Assembly: GCA_038087875.1 (NCBI GenBank)
Contig: CM075989.1
Location: forward strand, 5,704,001 to 5,768,000
DNA length: 64,000 bases
Direction: 5' to 3'
DNA from: Malacoraja senta
Taxonomy: Eukaryota
The position numbers were made by a program, and so were the translations under genes. Below the pieces are notes generated by a model. The model had not been told where the DNA came from. It did not search any database and saw only the letters and a list, made by a program, of their open reading frames with translations. The stretch's first letter is position 1; the number at the start of each line of letters is the position of its first letter. Below are positions 27,124-38,729 of the stretch, piece by piece.

Positions 27124-28530
27124 AACAAACAAACAAACTATAATAGTGCAAAAAGACACAACCAATGCACCTTCGACTTGTGTTTTAGGAAATCGGAATC
27201 AACCGTTGCATAAATGGAGATTGAAGGAACTGCAGATGCTCGAAACTTTTGCAAATCACACAGTGCCAGAGGAACTCAGCGGGTCAGGCAGCATCTGTGG
27301 AGAAAATGGACAGGTGACATTTTGAGTCACAACCCTTCTTCAGACTGCTTATAGTGGAGGGGGGGGGGAGAAAGCTGGTAAAGAGAGGTGGGGGTGGGAC
27401 AAAACCTGACAAGTGATAGGTGGATACTGATGAGGTGGTGGTGGGGTGGGGGTGAAGTTTAAATTGATTTGGCATTTCACTGAATGCTTTCACTAACTTC
27501 TACAGATAGACAGTAGAAAGTATCCTGACGGGATACACATGATTACAAGAGGCTGAAGAGAGTGGTGACTCAGCCCGGTCCATCAAAGGCACGGCCCTCC
27601 CCACCAAGGAGAGCATCTACACGAGGCACTGCCTTAAGAAGGAGGCATCTATCATCAAGGATTGCCACTATCTGGGCCAGGCCCCCTTCTCACTGCTAAC
27701 ATTCAGCACGAGGTGCAGATGCCTGAATCCGCACATCACCAGGTTCAAGAACAGTTACTTACCTATAACTTTGTTGATTAAGAAGGAACTGCAGATGCTG
27801 GAAAATGTAAGGTAGACAAAGGCCGCTCCCTCCGTAACTCCCTGGTCAATTCTTCACTTCCCTCCCGCACCACCCCCTCCCCGGGTACTTTCCCTTGCAA
27901 CCGCAAGAGATGCCACACTTGTCGCTTTACCTCCCCTCTCGACTCCATTCAAGGACCCAAGCAGTCGTTCCAGGTACGACAGAGGTTCACCTGCATCTCC
28001 TCCAACCTCATCTATTGCATCCGCTGCTCTAGGTGTCGGCTGATCTACATCGGTGAGATCGGTGAAACTGGAGGAGCAGCCCCTCATATTCCGCTTGGGC
28101 AGTCTGCATCCCAGTGGCCTGAACATTGACTTCTCCAATTTCCGGTAGCCCTTGCTGTCTCCTCCCCTTCTCAGCTCTCCCTCAGCCCTCTGGCTCCTCC
28201 TCTTCCTTTCTCCTTTCTTCTTCCAAAACATACATACAAAATGTATGTATAATTTATGTTTTTTGTGCGCTGTCTGAATCTATTTACCTGTGACAGAGGC
28301 TGAGATAGAATAGATGTGGAGAGGATGTTTCCAGTGGTGGTATTCTAGGACCAGAAGGCACAGCCTCGGGATAAAGGGACGTACCATTAGAATGGAGATG
28401 AGGAGGAATTTCTTTAGCCAGAGGGGTGTCAATCTATGGAAGTCATTGCCACAGACGGCTGTGGAGGCCAAGTTATTGGGTATTTTTAAAGTGGAGAATG
28501 TTAGGTTCTTGATTAGTAAGGGCATCAAAT

Positions 28531-28882
28531 ATTAATAATAATAATAAAAATAATGGATGGGATTTATATAGCGCCTTTCTAATACTCAAGGCGCTTTACA
28601 TCGCATTATTCATTCACTCCTCAGTCACACTCGGTGGTGGTGAGCTACTTCTGTAGCCACAGCTGCCCTGGGGCAGACTGACGGAAGCGTGGCTGCTAAT
28701 CTGCGCCTACGGCCCCTCCGACCACCACCAATCACTCACACACATTCACACACATTCACACGCAGGCAAAGGTGGGTGAAGTGTCTTGCCCAAGGACACA
28801 ATGACAGTATGCACTCCAAGCGGGATTCGAACCGGCTACCTTCCGGTTGCCAGCCGAACACTTAGCCCATTGCGCCATCTGT
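28531..28882 (-). mobile_element. tRNA-derived CORE-type SINE with L2-like tail
   Basis: Minus strand: A box gatggcgcaatggg, B box ggttcgaatccc, CORE motif ttgtgtccttgggcaagacacttcaccc, 3' end aaggcgctatataaat plus (tta)n. Confidence 0.8.
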
Positions 28883-29805
28883 CTAAGAAGGTAGGCCATT
28901 TAGAACTGAGATGAGGAAAAACTTTTTCACCCAGGGAGTTGTGAATCTGTGGAATTCTCTGCCGCAGAAGGCAGTGGAGGCCAATTCACTGGATGTTTTC
29001 AAGAGAGAGTTAGGTATTGCTCTTTGGGCTAACGGAATCAAGGGATAGAGGGAGAAGGCAGGAACGGGGTACTGATTTTGGATGCTCAACCACGATCATA
29101 TTGAATGACGGCGCTGGCTTAAAGGGCCGAATGGCCTACTCCTGCACATATTGTCTATGTTTCTATTACGAGGAGAAGGAGAAGAATGGGTTTGAGAGGG
29201 AAAAATAGATCAGCCATGATCGAATGACGGAGTGGACACGATGAGCCGAATGGTCTAATCCTGCTCCTATGTCTTATGGTCTAATGGACATGGATGATGT
29301 TGCTAGCAAGATCTTCATTGTGCCTGTACATCACCGTACTTGTGCATCTGACAGTAAACACAACTTAACTTGACTTGATAGTCATGATGGATGAAGAACA
29401 CGGACCATGTCTCCGCATGTTCACCAGGGATTTGGAACTCAAATGGTCTGCTTGCAAATGAAGGTGACCGCCTGACAGAATGAAATGCCAAAGTAAATGA
29501 GTCCATCAGGAAGGAGATGTTCTGTAACAGTAATGGGACTGTGCAGTGTTCTTGTCACTGAAAAAAGCTGCAATGCATTTCATAGAAATACTAGATCACA
29601 AAAGTTTAGTTTAGTTTAGTTTTCTTTAGTTTAGTCTAGTTTACAGATGCAGCGCAGAAACCGGCACTTCTTCCCACTGAGTCCATGCCGACCAATGATC
29701 CCCAACACTATCCTACACACACGAGGGAGAATTTAAAATGTTACCAAGCCAATTAGCCTACAAACTCCACTGTGTCCGCGCCGACCAGTGATCAACCCCG
29801 TACAG

Positions 29806-30490
29806 TAAAGTAAAGTAAAGTAAGTTTATTTATATAGCGCTTTTCAATCAGATCACTGAAACCAAAGTGCTTTACAGAGAATTATCCACACAAATAAAAA
29901 ATAAAAAAGGTAGAATAAAAAAGACACGACACACTATCAGAGACTCAACACGAACATCCCCCCACAGCAGAGTCGACTCTCTCCACTGCGAGGGAAAGGC
30001 ACCAAAATGTCCAGGTCCTCCTCCTAGTCCACCCGAGATCGGGGCCAGTTTGAGGGCTCCGCAGCCAGTCGCCGCAACGGCAGCCCGATGTTGTAGGCCC
30101 ACCCGCCGGGAAGCTGGAACACCGGCATCGGGTGGAAAAGTCCTCAGTGGCTTGGAAATGTCTGGAGGGGGCCGCCTCCTCCTCGGAGACTGCGACGCCC
30201 GTAGTCTTCAGGCCGCGCCGGTTGGAGCTTCGACTGACTCCACGGCCAGTGCCGCTCACCCGCGGCGGGACGCCCTCAGACCGCAGACTGCTTGACGTTA
30301 GTGGTCGGCGGTCACAGCACTCCGGAGCGGCGACCCGGCAAGGCATCGCCCGCTCCGTGTTGGTGTCCCAGCGCTGTGCCGCTGAAGCTGTGGTCCCGGC
30401 AGGAACGCTGCTCCAGCCCGATGGAAGGCCGCATGGGGAGAGCGAAGATGCGATTTGGAGGAAAACCGCATCTCCGTACCACTGTTCCTA
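29806..30490 (-). mobile_element. GC-rich non-autonomous retroelement with L2-like 3' end
   Basis: Minus-strand end gaaaagcgctatataaataaac(tttac)n; CpG-rich body; interrupts SINE sequence. Confidence 0.55.
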
Positions 30491-30834
30491 GACATCAGGG
30501 ACAGTTTACAATTTTATCAAACCCAATTAACCTACAAGCCCTCACGGTCATGGGGAGAACGCACAAACTCCACACAGACAGCACCCGTTGTCGGGATCGA
30601 ACCCGGGTCCCTGGCACTGTAAGGCAGGAACTCTACCGCTGTGCCACCGTGCCGCCCGAGAGATGACTCCAAATTTAGAGTCAAGTAATCAGCTGCTCGC
30701 TCAGAGTCCAACGAGAAAGAACATCTTAAGTCAAGTCAAGTCAAGTCACATTTATTTATATAGCACATTTAAAAAACAACTCTTGTTGGCCAAAGTGCTT
30801 TACATTTGTTATAAGAATAATATAAACAAACAAA

Positions 30835-31034
30835 NNNNNNNNNNNNNNNNNNNNNNNNNNNNNNNNNNNNNNNNNNNNNNNNNNNNNNNNNNNNNNNNNN
30901 NNNNNNNNNNNNNNNNNNNNNNNNNNNNNNNNNNNNNNNNNNNNNNNNNNNNNNNNNNNNNNNNNNNNNNNNNNNNNNNNNNNNNNNNNNNNNNNNNNNN
31001 NNNNNNNNNNNNNNNNNNNNNNNNNNNNNNNNNN
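30835..31034. other. Assembly gap (200 N)
   Basis: Run of N. Confidence 1.
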
Positions 31035-32558
31035 ATCCATTATATGATCGTTTGGATTTGTTGATTTGCAGGTTTTAAGAAGGCCTTTTCTGGGGCGAGG
31101 ACTGTCTGAGCATACTGTGGACATGCTTACGGCAGCCTGGAGGAAGAGCACTCAAAAACAGTACCTTTCTTATATTAAGAAATGGGAAGAGTTCTGTGTA
31201 CAAAAGAATGTGCAATATAGTACTGCAGATATTTCAAATGTTTAGAATTTCTGTCAAAACTTTATTATGATGAAGGTCTGAGTTGTAGTGCAATTAATTC
31301 AGCCAGAAGTGCATTGTCCTCATATTTGGTTCTGGATTCAGAAAGAAACCCAATTGGGTCACACCCAATTGTTTCCAGACTAATGAAAGGAATCTTTAAT
31401 TCCAAACCACCGAAACCTAGGTACATGACAATCTGGGATGTAAGTGTGGTACTGAAACTACTTCGTGAATGGTCACCAAGTGTGTCTTTACCTTTGGCCA
31501 AGCTCAGTATGAAAGTATCCATGCTTATGGCATGAGTGACAGCACAACGAGTGCAAACACTTGGAAAATTACAAATAGACAGTATGGAAGTAACTGAAGA
31601 CAAGGTTACATTCTATATCTATGACCTACTAAAGCAAATTAGGCCAGGTGTGACAGGATTTAAAATTATGCTAGTAGCATATCCAAATGATCCTTGTCTC
31701 TGTGTTAAGACATATTTGTTACAATACATTGAGGTCACAAAGAATTTGAGAAATACGGAAACTGGGTTGTTGATCACACACAAGAAACCACAATACAGTT
31801 TCAATACAGACTATTTCCAGATGGATGAAAGAAGTCTTAACAGCTGCTGGTATTAACACTTATGTTTTTACGTCTCACTCGACTAGGGCAGGAGAAACGT
31901 CAGCGGCCAGGGCAAAAGACGTCCCCGTCGACCATATCCTTGCAGCCGCCGGGTGGTCCAATGAGTTGATGTTTCAACATTTTTACCATCGGCCTATTGT
32001 TAATGCGGGATTGTTTGCTAAAACTATTTTAAGTTCTGTGTAAATTCCTCTGGTTTAAAGGGGATCTGATTAATTTCATTATTGAAATTAATTACTGCAT
32101 CTGTGGTACAAATGTTATTATGAATGCATGATTGATTATTTCTCGTTCCGAGTCAATCAGTACAGTGAGAAGCCGGGATTGATCCACGGCATGAAATCAC
32201 AAAGCTTTAAAATCTTCACGTAGTCACTCACGTGACTCCGAAGTAAAATAGTAAGATTAAACGAGAACTTACCTAAGTTTGAAGTTTGATCTTTATTTTA
32301 TGAGGAGTTACGTAGGTGATTACGTGCCCGCCACGACCCTACCCTCTATCATAAAGGTCAGATGGAAGTTCTTGTATTACTCGTTTTATTATGAGACTAT
32401 ATGACTTCGGTTGTTGTTTTTTGTGATTTCACACCGCTGCTTTGAAGATTGACGCGCAGGCGCACTGGCGGGGTTCTTCACGTAATCACCTATGTAACTC
32501 CTCATAAAATAAAGATCAAACTTCAAACTTAGGTAAGTTCTCGTTTAATCTTACTATT
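31035..32558 (+). mobile_element. DIRS1-type retrotransposon, 3' part (5' part lost in gap)
   Basis: Tyrosine recombinase remnants followed by an ICR (32214-32326) and a right ITR with extension; 80-bp inverted repeat 32247-32326 / 32479-32558 with 1 mismatch. Confidence 0.9.
31078..32043 (+). pseudogene. DIRS tyrosine recombinase, disrupted by a stop and frameshifts
   Basis: AWRKSTQKQY..KKW; GSHPIVSRLMKGIFNSKPPKPRY..WDV; TAQRVQTL; FTSHSTR...ILAAAGWS...FQHFY (R, HxxR, W, Y catalytic set). Confidence 0.88.
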
Positions 32559-35500
32559 AAACATGTGAATTAAATAAAATACCAGTGCAAAAGGAGGCTA
32601 CAGATTTTTGGTTATTGAGTAGAGCTACTACTCGTGGAAAAAACGTGTTTTTATGTCTGGCTGTGGCAGCTTTGGCAGTCAGGAGTCAGAGGGAAGTGAT
32701 TCAAAGAGTTTTTTTGTGGCCAGGGTGAGAGGGGTCAGATATGATCTTACCCGCTCGCTTCCTGGCCCTTGCAGTTCGTCAATGGAGGGAAGGTTGCAGC
32801 CAATAACCTTCTCAGCTGATCAGACGATTCGCTGCAGCCTCCGGATGTCGTGCTTGGTGGCTGAGCCAAACCAGACCATGACGGAGAAGGTGAGGACAGA
32901 CTCTACGATGGCCGTATATAATTGGACCATCATTGCCTGTGGCAGATTGTGCTTCCTTAGCTGCCGCAGGAAGTACATCCTCTGTTGGGCCTTTTTGACA
33001 GTGGAGTCGATGGTGGCCCCCCATTTAAGGTCCTCGGAGATTATGGTTCCCAGGAACTTAAAAGATCACAGATGTGACTGTGGTATTGTTGATGGTGAGT
33101 GGGTGAGGGGAGGAGGAGCACTCCTAAAGTCTACAATCAACTCCACTGTCTTAAGAGCATTGAGCTCCAGATTGTTGTAATGGCACGAGGATGCTAGCTG
33201 CATCACTTCCTGTCTGTAGGCAGATTCCTCCCCATCCTGGATCAGTCCAATCAGGGCTGTGTCGTCCGCAAACTTGAGAAGCTTGACAAAGGAGTCTGTG
33301 GAGGTGCAGTCATTGGTGTAGAGAGAGTAGAGGAGAGGGGAGAGTACACAGCCTTGCGATGCTCCTATGCTGAGGGTTAGCGGGTCCGAGATGTTTTGTC
33401 CCAGCCTCACATGCTGCTTCCTGTCTGTCAGTAAGCTGGTGATCCACTGACAGAGGGGTTCAGGCACAGTCAACTCGGAAAGTTTGGAGTGTGGTAGCTC
33501 TGGCACAATGGTGTTGAATGCAGAGCTAAAATCAACAAACAGGATCCTCGCATAGGTCCCCTGGTGTCTAGGTGCTGGAGGATGAAGTGCAGGCTCAGGT
33601 TGACTGCATCATCCATAGATCTAATGGCCCGATATGCAAACTGCAGAGGGTCCAGCAGGGGATTTGTGATATTTTTCAGCTTGGCCAGCACAAGCCTTTC
33701 AAAGGTCTTCATGATTACAGAAATCAGTGTGACAGGCCTGTAGCCATTAAGACCAGTAATCCTTGACTTTTTGCGTATAGGGACAATAGTGCAGACTTTG
33801 AAGCAGGCAGGGACAGTACAGGTTTGCAGGGACTGGTTGAAAATGTTTGTGTAGACCAGTGCCATTTGTTCAGCACAGAGCTTGAGAGTAGAGGGGGAAA
33901 CATTGTCCGGTCCTGGAGATTTCCGACTTTTCTGCCTTATGAACAGCCTCTCCACCTCTATTTTTATTGTTGATGGAGAAGTGATGTTGTGCAGCACAGA
34001 GGGGGTGGGTAATTGGGTGTGAAGTGGTGATTGGAGAGGGGTGGGTGGGAAAGGGTCCAGTCTTTTCAGACGAGTCTTGCTTTAAGTATGCGTGAAGTGG
34101 TGAATGGGGAGGAGTGGGTGCAGAAGGGTCCATTCTTTGCAGGCTGGGGTCTGGCTGTGTTGGTTGGGGAGGGGAGGGGGGGGAGGGGGTACAAGGGTTA
34201 CTTTTCTGCTTGTCAAACCTGCAGTGGAACTCATTCAGGTCGTTGGTCAGCTGACGATTGTCCAAAGAGCGGGGGGCTTTCCTCTTGTAGCTGGTGATTT
34301 CTTGCAAGCCCTTCCAAACTGAAGAAGAGTCACTAGCTGAGAACTTGCACCTCAACTTCTCAGAGTACCTTTCCTTGGCAGCTCTGATTCCTCTTCTCAG
34401 CTTGTACTTTGCCTGCCTGTAGAGGTCTGCATCCCCACTCCTGTAGGCTTCATCTTTAGACTGGCGGAGCTGTCTGAGTTCTGCAGTAAACCAGGGCTTG
34501 TCGTTGTTGAACCAGGTCTGGGTCCTAGTTGGAATGCAACTGTCCTCACAAAAGCTGACATATGATGATACAGTGTCCGTATACTCATCGAGGTTTGTGG
34601 TTGCTTCCCTGAACACATTCCAATCCGTGCAGTCAAAGCAGGATTGTAGGTTCTAAATGCCCTCGCTTGTCCACCTTTTTGTTGTTCTGACCACAGGCTT
34701 AGCAGATTTTAGTTTCTGCCTGTAGGTCAGAATAAGATGAACTAGACAATGATCAGAGAGACCCAGACCCGCCCTGGGAACAGAGCGATATGCGTTCTTG
34801 ATTGACATGTAACAGTGGCCAAGTGTTCTCTCCCCTCTGATGGGGCAGGTAACCTGAGGTCTGTATTTGGAACGTCACGGCTGAGGTTAGCTTTGTTAAA
34901 GTCCCCCAAAACAATGACCATGGAGTCCGGGAAGTCACTCTCTACCCTCATATACTGGTCAGCGAGTTGCATTTGCACCTCACGTACGCAGGCATGGGGG
35001 GTAATGTAAACTCCAGCGAGAATAAAGGAGTTAAATTCCCTTGGAGAGTAGAAGGGTTTGCAGTTTATAAAGAAGGATTCTAGGTTGGGAGAGCAGAAAT
35101 TTGACAGTACCGTGATGTTGCTGCACCAGTCCTGGTTGGTATAGAAGCATATTCCACCGCCTCTTGATTTCCCCGCTGCCTCCATTTCGCGGTCCACTCT
35201 GTGAAGTTGGAAGCGAGTCGGTTGCAGCGTGCTGTCCGGGTCGACTCACATAGCCAGGTCTTGGTGAAGCACGGGGCAGCGGCTCGAGAGAAGTCCATGT
35301 TTGTCCGGCGCAGGAGTTGCAGTTCATTCACTTTGTTATTGAGAGAACGTACGTTTGCCAGGAATATGCTCGGAAGTGGTGTGCGTGATCCTCATCGCCG
35401 GAGTCGGGTGAGTGCTCCAGAGCGCTTCCCATGGGTCCTCCTCTGTCTCAAGACCTTGAACGCAGCCACAGCCCCGCCGACGAGTATGTCCAAATAATCC

Positions 35501-35645
35501 AGCGAGTGAGAGAAATCCGGAACGATGTTTGGAGGTACTGTATGTCCGATGTTAATAACTGCCTCTCTCGTGAAAGTCATCTTTGTAGGGTTTTCACAGA
35601 CGACACAAATGAACAAACACACACAAAACAGCAAGGAGCAAAAGT
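32559..35645 (-). mobile_element. Near-full-length degenerate Rex1/Babar LINE (APE endonuclease plus RT)
   Basis: Fragmented ORFs: GKSRGGGICFY, KPFYSPREF, VLGDFNKANL (APE); [38 protein letters not shown] (RT). Confidence 0.9.
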
Positions 35646-35669
35646 TCTGGAATAAAAGTTAATATCTAC

Positions 35670-35730
35670 CTGGCTAGAAAGTTGTGGTACAAGTGCAACT
35701 GCACTGATGGCTTTTCCTGGCGCTTCATTT
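35670..35730 (-). CDS. WDR93: WDR93-like internal exon (61 nt, phase 2 to 0)
   Basis: Acceptor cattttattttgtatag, donor CAG/gtagat. Translates RNEAPGKAISAVALVPQLSSQ; phase-compatible with the previous exon. Confidence 0.75.
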
Positions 35731-35984
35731 CTATACAAAATAAAATGTATGGTCAGTCTTCATATTAACAAAGCTCTCTGAGGCAAAACATTACATTGAA
35801 CAACTCATTACGTTATTTGTTCATGTCAGGATCCACTTCCGTGCCTAAATCCTACTAGATCGGAAGTAACAAATAGGATATTTGCAACCCACCTACCCTC
35901 ACATCATGGTCCTCTGCGAATAAGCTGTGGCCCTGCTGGGAATTGGAACCAGGGGATGCAGAAGTACAACTGTGAATGTCAAAG

Positions 35985-38045
35985 AAGGAGCTAGGCGGAG
36001 GAGAGTATCAGTAGACGGGGATTGGTTGGTTCTGTGGCCGAGGAAGGAACGGAGGGCTTTAAGACCCTCCTGGTGGGGGATGAAGGTGTAGAGTGACTGG
36101 ACACCCATGGTGAAGATGAGGGAATGGGGGCCTACGCGCCAACTCTCAGACACCTCCTCCTACTTATCCTTGGACCATGACCCCACAGACGAGCACCAGG
36201 CCACTATCTCCAGCACTATCACTGACTTCATCACTTCCGGCTCCCTGCCCTCACAAGCCTCCAACCTCATCGTTCCCCAGCCCCGCATGGCCAGATTTTA
36301 CCTTCTACCCAAAATCCACAAACCTGACTGTCCTGGCAAATCCATTGTTTCTGCCTGTTCGTGTCCTACCGAACTTATTTCCACATACCTTGACTCCATC
36401 CTATCCCCCTGGTTAACTCCTTCCCTACCTATGTTCAAGACACCTCACACGCTCTTCGTCTACTCCAGGACTTCCGTTTTCTAGGCCCCCATTCCATCAT
36501 CTTCACCATGGATGTCCAGTCACTCTACACCTCCATCCCCCACTAGGAGAGTCTTAAAGTCCTCCGTTTCTTCCTCGACCGCAGAACCAACCAATCCCCG
36601 TCTACTGATACTCTCCTCTGCCTAGCGGAGCTGGTCCTTACCCTTAACAACTTTTCATTTGACTCCTCCCATTTCCTCCAAATACAAGGCGCAGCTATGG
36701 GCACGCGCATGGGCCCTAGCTATGCCTGCCTCTTTGTAGGGTACATCGAACAATCTTTGTTCGAGGCGTACCAGGGCCCCATCCCCAAACTCTACCTCAA
36801 CTACATTGACGACTGCATTGGTGCTACCTCCTGCACACACACACAACTCACTGACTTCATCCATTTCACCACTAACTTCCATCCGGCACTCAAATACACC
36901 TCGACCAGTTCCGACATTTCCCTACCATTTCTAGACCTCACTATATCCATCGGAGATGATAGACCACTGACCGACATCCACTATAAACCCACTGACTCCC
37001 ATGGCTATCTGGACTACACTTCTTCCCACCCTGCTTCCTGTAAGGACTCCATCCCCTACACCCAATTCCTCCATCTATGCCGCATCTGCACCCAGGATGA
37101 AGTGTTCCACACCAGGGCATCGGAGATGTCCTCATTCTTAACGGAACGGGTGTTCCCCTCTTTTACTATAGATGAGGCTCTCATCAGGGTCTCTTCTATA
37201 CCCCGTAACTCTGCTCTCACACCCCATCCCCCCACTCTTAACAAGGGCAGAGTCCCCCTTGTCCTCACCTTCCACACTACCAGCCGTCACATACAACAAA
37301 TAATCCTCTGGCATTTTCGCCACCTCCAACGTGATCCCACCACTTGCCACATCTTCCCATCTCCTTCCCTGTCTGCTCTCCGCAGAGCCCGCTCCCTCCG
37401 TAACTCTCTGGTCAATTCGTCCCTTCCCACCCAAACCACCCCCTCTCCTGGCACTTTCCCTTGCAACCGCAGGAAATGCTACACTTGTCGCTTTACCTCC
37501 CCCCTTGACTCCATTCAAGGACCCAAGCAGTCTTTCCAGGTGCGGCAGAGGTTTTCCTGCACCTCCTCCAACCTCATCTATTGCATCCGCTGCTCTAGGT
37601 GTCAGCTGCTCTACATCGGTGGGACCAAGCTTAGGCTAGCCGATCGCTTCGCCCAACACCTACGCTCGGTTCGCATTAACCTACCTGATCTCCCGGTGGC
37701 TCAGCACTTCAACTTCCCCCTCCCATTCCGAATCCGACCTTTCTGTCCTGGGCCTCCTCCATGGCGAGAGTGAGGACCACCGTATATTGGAGGAGCAGCA
37801 CCTCAAATTTCGCTTGGGCAGTTTGCACCCCAGCGGTATGAACATTGACTTCTCCAATTTCAGGTAGTCCCTGCTTTCTCCTCCCCTTCTCAGCTCTCCC
37901 TCGGCCCACTGTCTCTTCCTTTCTTCTTCCCGCCCCCCCCACCCCCCCACCCACATCAGTCTGAAGAAGGGTCTCGACCTGAAACGTCACCTATTTCCTT
38001 CGCTCCGTAGATGCTGCCTCACCCGCTGAGTTTCTCCAGCACTAT
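35985..38045 (+). mobile_element. Penelope-like retroelement (RT plus GIY-YIG) with inverted 5' segment and hammerhead-bearing 3' tail
   Basis: FYLLPKIHK, MDVQSLYTSIP, GAAMGTRMGPSYACLF, YIDD, LPFLDL, CNRRKCYTC linker, NLIYCIRCSRCQLLYIG...RFAQH. 35985-36133 is the reverse complement of about 36483-36630. Confidence 0.93.
37957..37992 (+). ncRNA. Minimal hammerhead ribozyme motif at the PLE 3' end (representative copy)
   Basis: CTGAAGA-A-GGGTC-TC-GACCT-GAAAC-GTC: CUGANGA and GAAA boxes, stem II and a GUC cleavage triplet. PLEs are known to carry minimal hammerheads. Confidence 0.7.
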
Positions 38046-38729
38046 AGTCTACTGTGAATGTCAATGCACTCAGCTTTTCACATTACATTATTCATCACTA
38101 GGTGAAGCTGAGAAGCTGAAAAGATTCAAAATATCCTGTCATGTCTGTATTCTGTGAAAACATTCAAAATTAATAAAGCGAAAGGGGGGGGGGGGGGGGG
38201 GTGGGGAGGAGAAGGAAAAATGTCATAAAGTGTTCCTTACTGCTAATCACCTTTGAATAAATCATATTGGTGACAATATGGTTACTTCTGGAAAAAAGGG
38301 AACAACTATATATTAAAAAAGGCAATTCCCTTGAATAATCATTGACTCAAAATATTTCAGATATAATGCAAAATATGTTTTGCGGCACAGTGGTGCAGCT
38401 GGTGGAGCTGCTGTCTCACAACGCAGATTTGATCTTGACTCGAGTGTTAACTGTTTGGAGTTTCCACGTTCTCCCTGTGACTGCTTGGGTTTCCTCTCAC
38501 ATCCCAAAGATGTGTGGGTTTGCATGTTAATTGGCCTTTATAAATTGCCTCCAGTGTGCCGGGCATGGATGTGGAAGTGGGATAACATAGAATTAATATG
38601 AATCGGCAGATCAATGATTTGCGTGGACTTGTGGGCCCTGTTTCCAAACCATATCTTTCAAGTTACTTTCTTTTCAATAAATGTTGATACTGCACAGACA
38701 TGAACAGCTCCATCATATAAAATATATTC

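Noticed and set aside
29867..30666. Cluster of overlapping ORFs in GC-rich DNA (also 39661-40385 and 49240-50120)
   Set aside because: Stop-poor GC-rich or low-complexity repeat sequence with no recognisable protein.
30588..31151. ORFs spanning the N gap
   Set aside because: Artefacts of translating through Ns.
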